This document shows positions 63,038 to 64,000 of a stretch of DNA of 64,000 bases, piece after piece (position 1 is the first letter of the stretch; each line of letters begins with the position of its first letter). The stretch comes from a virus. Its lineage: Duplodnaviria; Heunggongvirae; Uroviricota; Caudoviricetes. The DNA is taken from IMG/VR virus record IMGVR_UViG_3300035703_000003; one strand, given 5' to 3'. Both the position numbers and the translations under genes were made by a program. The notes under the pieces are model-generated. The model searched no databases and was not told where the DNA came from. It worked only from the letters and a program-made list of their open reading frames with translations.

Positions 63038-64000
63038 TATAATCCTTCTTGGCCTGCTGGCGGTGTGGGAGCATTTTCAGTGCCACTGATCGGACTACCT
63101 TCTTCTGCCGGAGTTTCGTCAGGAGTCATATCTCCCATGTCAGGTGCTGTATCAAAACCTCTAACACCTACACTACCTAATCCTGGTGTGCTTTCTGAAT
63201 CAGGTGTGGTTCCTGGTTTATTTTCTTCTTCCCACATACGTTCATTTTCTATTATCTCGTCTTCTGTTAAACCGAGATACTTGCTTAATACAAAACGTCT
63301 GCTTAAGTATGGAACAGGTTCCAAGTTAGCAAATACGTTAGCACGGGCAGCATGAACTTCGATTTCTTTATATTCACTGAACGATTGTGGTTCTGTGAAC
63401 TTAAGTTCAAAAATACCACTGTCGATATTAATGCCACGATTTTTCATAAAGAGTTTGAATTCTTTGTCAAATACAGGACTAATAATATTTTGTAATCTTC
63501 TACAATACTGATTGAATCTGTATTCTTGAATAAATGCAGTTCCTACTTTGCCATCAACATATGTTGCTGTTCCGTCATCTGGACCTGTCGGTAAGTAACT
63601 TGAAGGAACACGTAACGCTCTTAACATTTTATTTGTAAAATATCTTAAATCGTCGATCTCACCTAAGTTAGTCCCACCTGGTAATACTTCTACTTTACTA
63701 CCACGTCCTTCTGCAGTTTGAGCAAAGAAATAATCTTCCATAATGCTTAAAGGATTATATGCTGCATCCATAATAGTTGTGCCGCCGCCTGTTCTACTAG
63801 GAATACGCTTTTGGTGTATTTCATTTTTAACACGCTCAACAAAACCCATCGCTTTGTTTGCAGGCATGTTACCTACGTCAACATAAAACACACGGCGTTC
63901 AGGTGCTCTTTGAACACGGTAGATAATAATACTATCTTCAAGTAATTCTTTTTGCTTGTAAGTTTTAAAGATAGGGTCTAGTATACTACTACCAAACGGA
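63037..64000 (-). CDS. Portal protein (gp20-like), C-terminal part; the gene runs off the window end
   Basis: The frame of the track ORF 63037..63891 stays open upstream to position 64000 with no in-frame stop. Position matches the T4 order 20-67-68-21-22-23. Confidence 0.55.
   Translation of the reverse strand, partial: PFGSSILDPIFKTYKQKELLEDSIIIYRVQRAPERRVFYVDVGNMPANKAMGFVERVKNEIHQKRIPSRTGGGTTIMDAAYNPLSIMEDYFFAQTAEGRGSKVEVLPGGTNLGEIDDLRYFTNKMLRALRVPSSYLPTGPDDGTATYVDGKVGTAFIQEYRFNQYCRRLQNIISPVFDKEFKLFMKNRGINIDSGIFELKFTEPQSFSEYKEIEVHAARANVFANLEPVPYLSRRFVLSKYLGLTEDEIIENERMWEEENKPGTTPDSESTPGLGSVGVRGFDTAPDMGDMTPDETPAEEGSPISGTENAPTPPAGQEGL

Noticed and set aside
63037-63891. Treating the track ORF 63037..63891 as a complete 284-aa gene
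   Set aside because: Its first codon is a GTG chosen by the ORF finder, and the frame remains open with no stop up to position 64000. I therefore interpret it as the C-terminal part of a longer portal gene truncated by the window edge.

Overview
This window looks like part of a large virulent myovirus of the T4 superfamily; almost all genes are on the minus strand. It divides into six regions.

- **1-7.7 kb (plus loci at 8.7 and 10.3-10.7 kb):** a dense cluster of about 30 minus-strand tRNA genes, most with encoded CCA, interleaved with non-coding structured-RNA loci.
- **8-14.6 kb:** a block of small genes of unknown function, each driven by a near-consensus sigma70-type promoter (TTGACA-N17-TATATT). 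Several of these promoters carry a 10-bp palindrome in the spacer. The block also holds a TilS-like lysidine synthetase gene sitting directly next to two CAU-anticodon tRNAs, and an RpiB-like sugar-phosphate isomerase.
- **14.8-20.1 kb:** UvsX-like recombinase, gp32-like ssDNA-binding protein and terminase large subunit.
- **23.8-27 kb:** tail tube and tail sheath.
- **27-39 kb:** dNMP-kinase-like, HExxH metallopeptidase, SPFH-like membrane protein, Nudix hydrolase and an AT-rich glycosyltransferase cassette.
- **39-64 kb:** two giant repeat-rich fibre proteins (2672 and 1938 aa), the former ending in an S74-type intramolecular-chaperone domain, followed by the head module in T4 order (MCP gp23-like, scaffold, prohead protease gp21-like, acidic core protein, portal running off the window end).

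The findings I rate highest are:

1. A phage translation-reprogramming module: TilS plus three CAU tRNAs, a family of class-I-shaped tRNAs with Leu anticodons, and a possible UCA-anticodon tRNA-like element.
2. A promoter-driven structured non-coding RNA locus (about 5.2-6.3 kb) with repeated CCTTGCGAG motifs and a 22-bp perfect-stem element, plus a second duplicated promoter-leader copy at 7.7 kb.
3. A spacer-embedded palindromic operator shared by the early promoters.
4. A C-terminal L(K/R)KLAG motif shared by the scaffold and two other proteins, which I read as a possible head-targeting signal.

All calls are made by eye from the sequence and the ORF track. tRNA anticodons were folded by hand and need tRNAscan-SE/ARAGORN confirmation.
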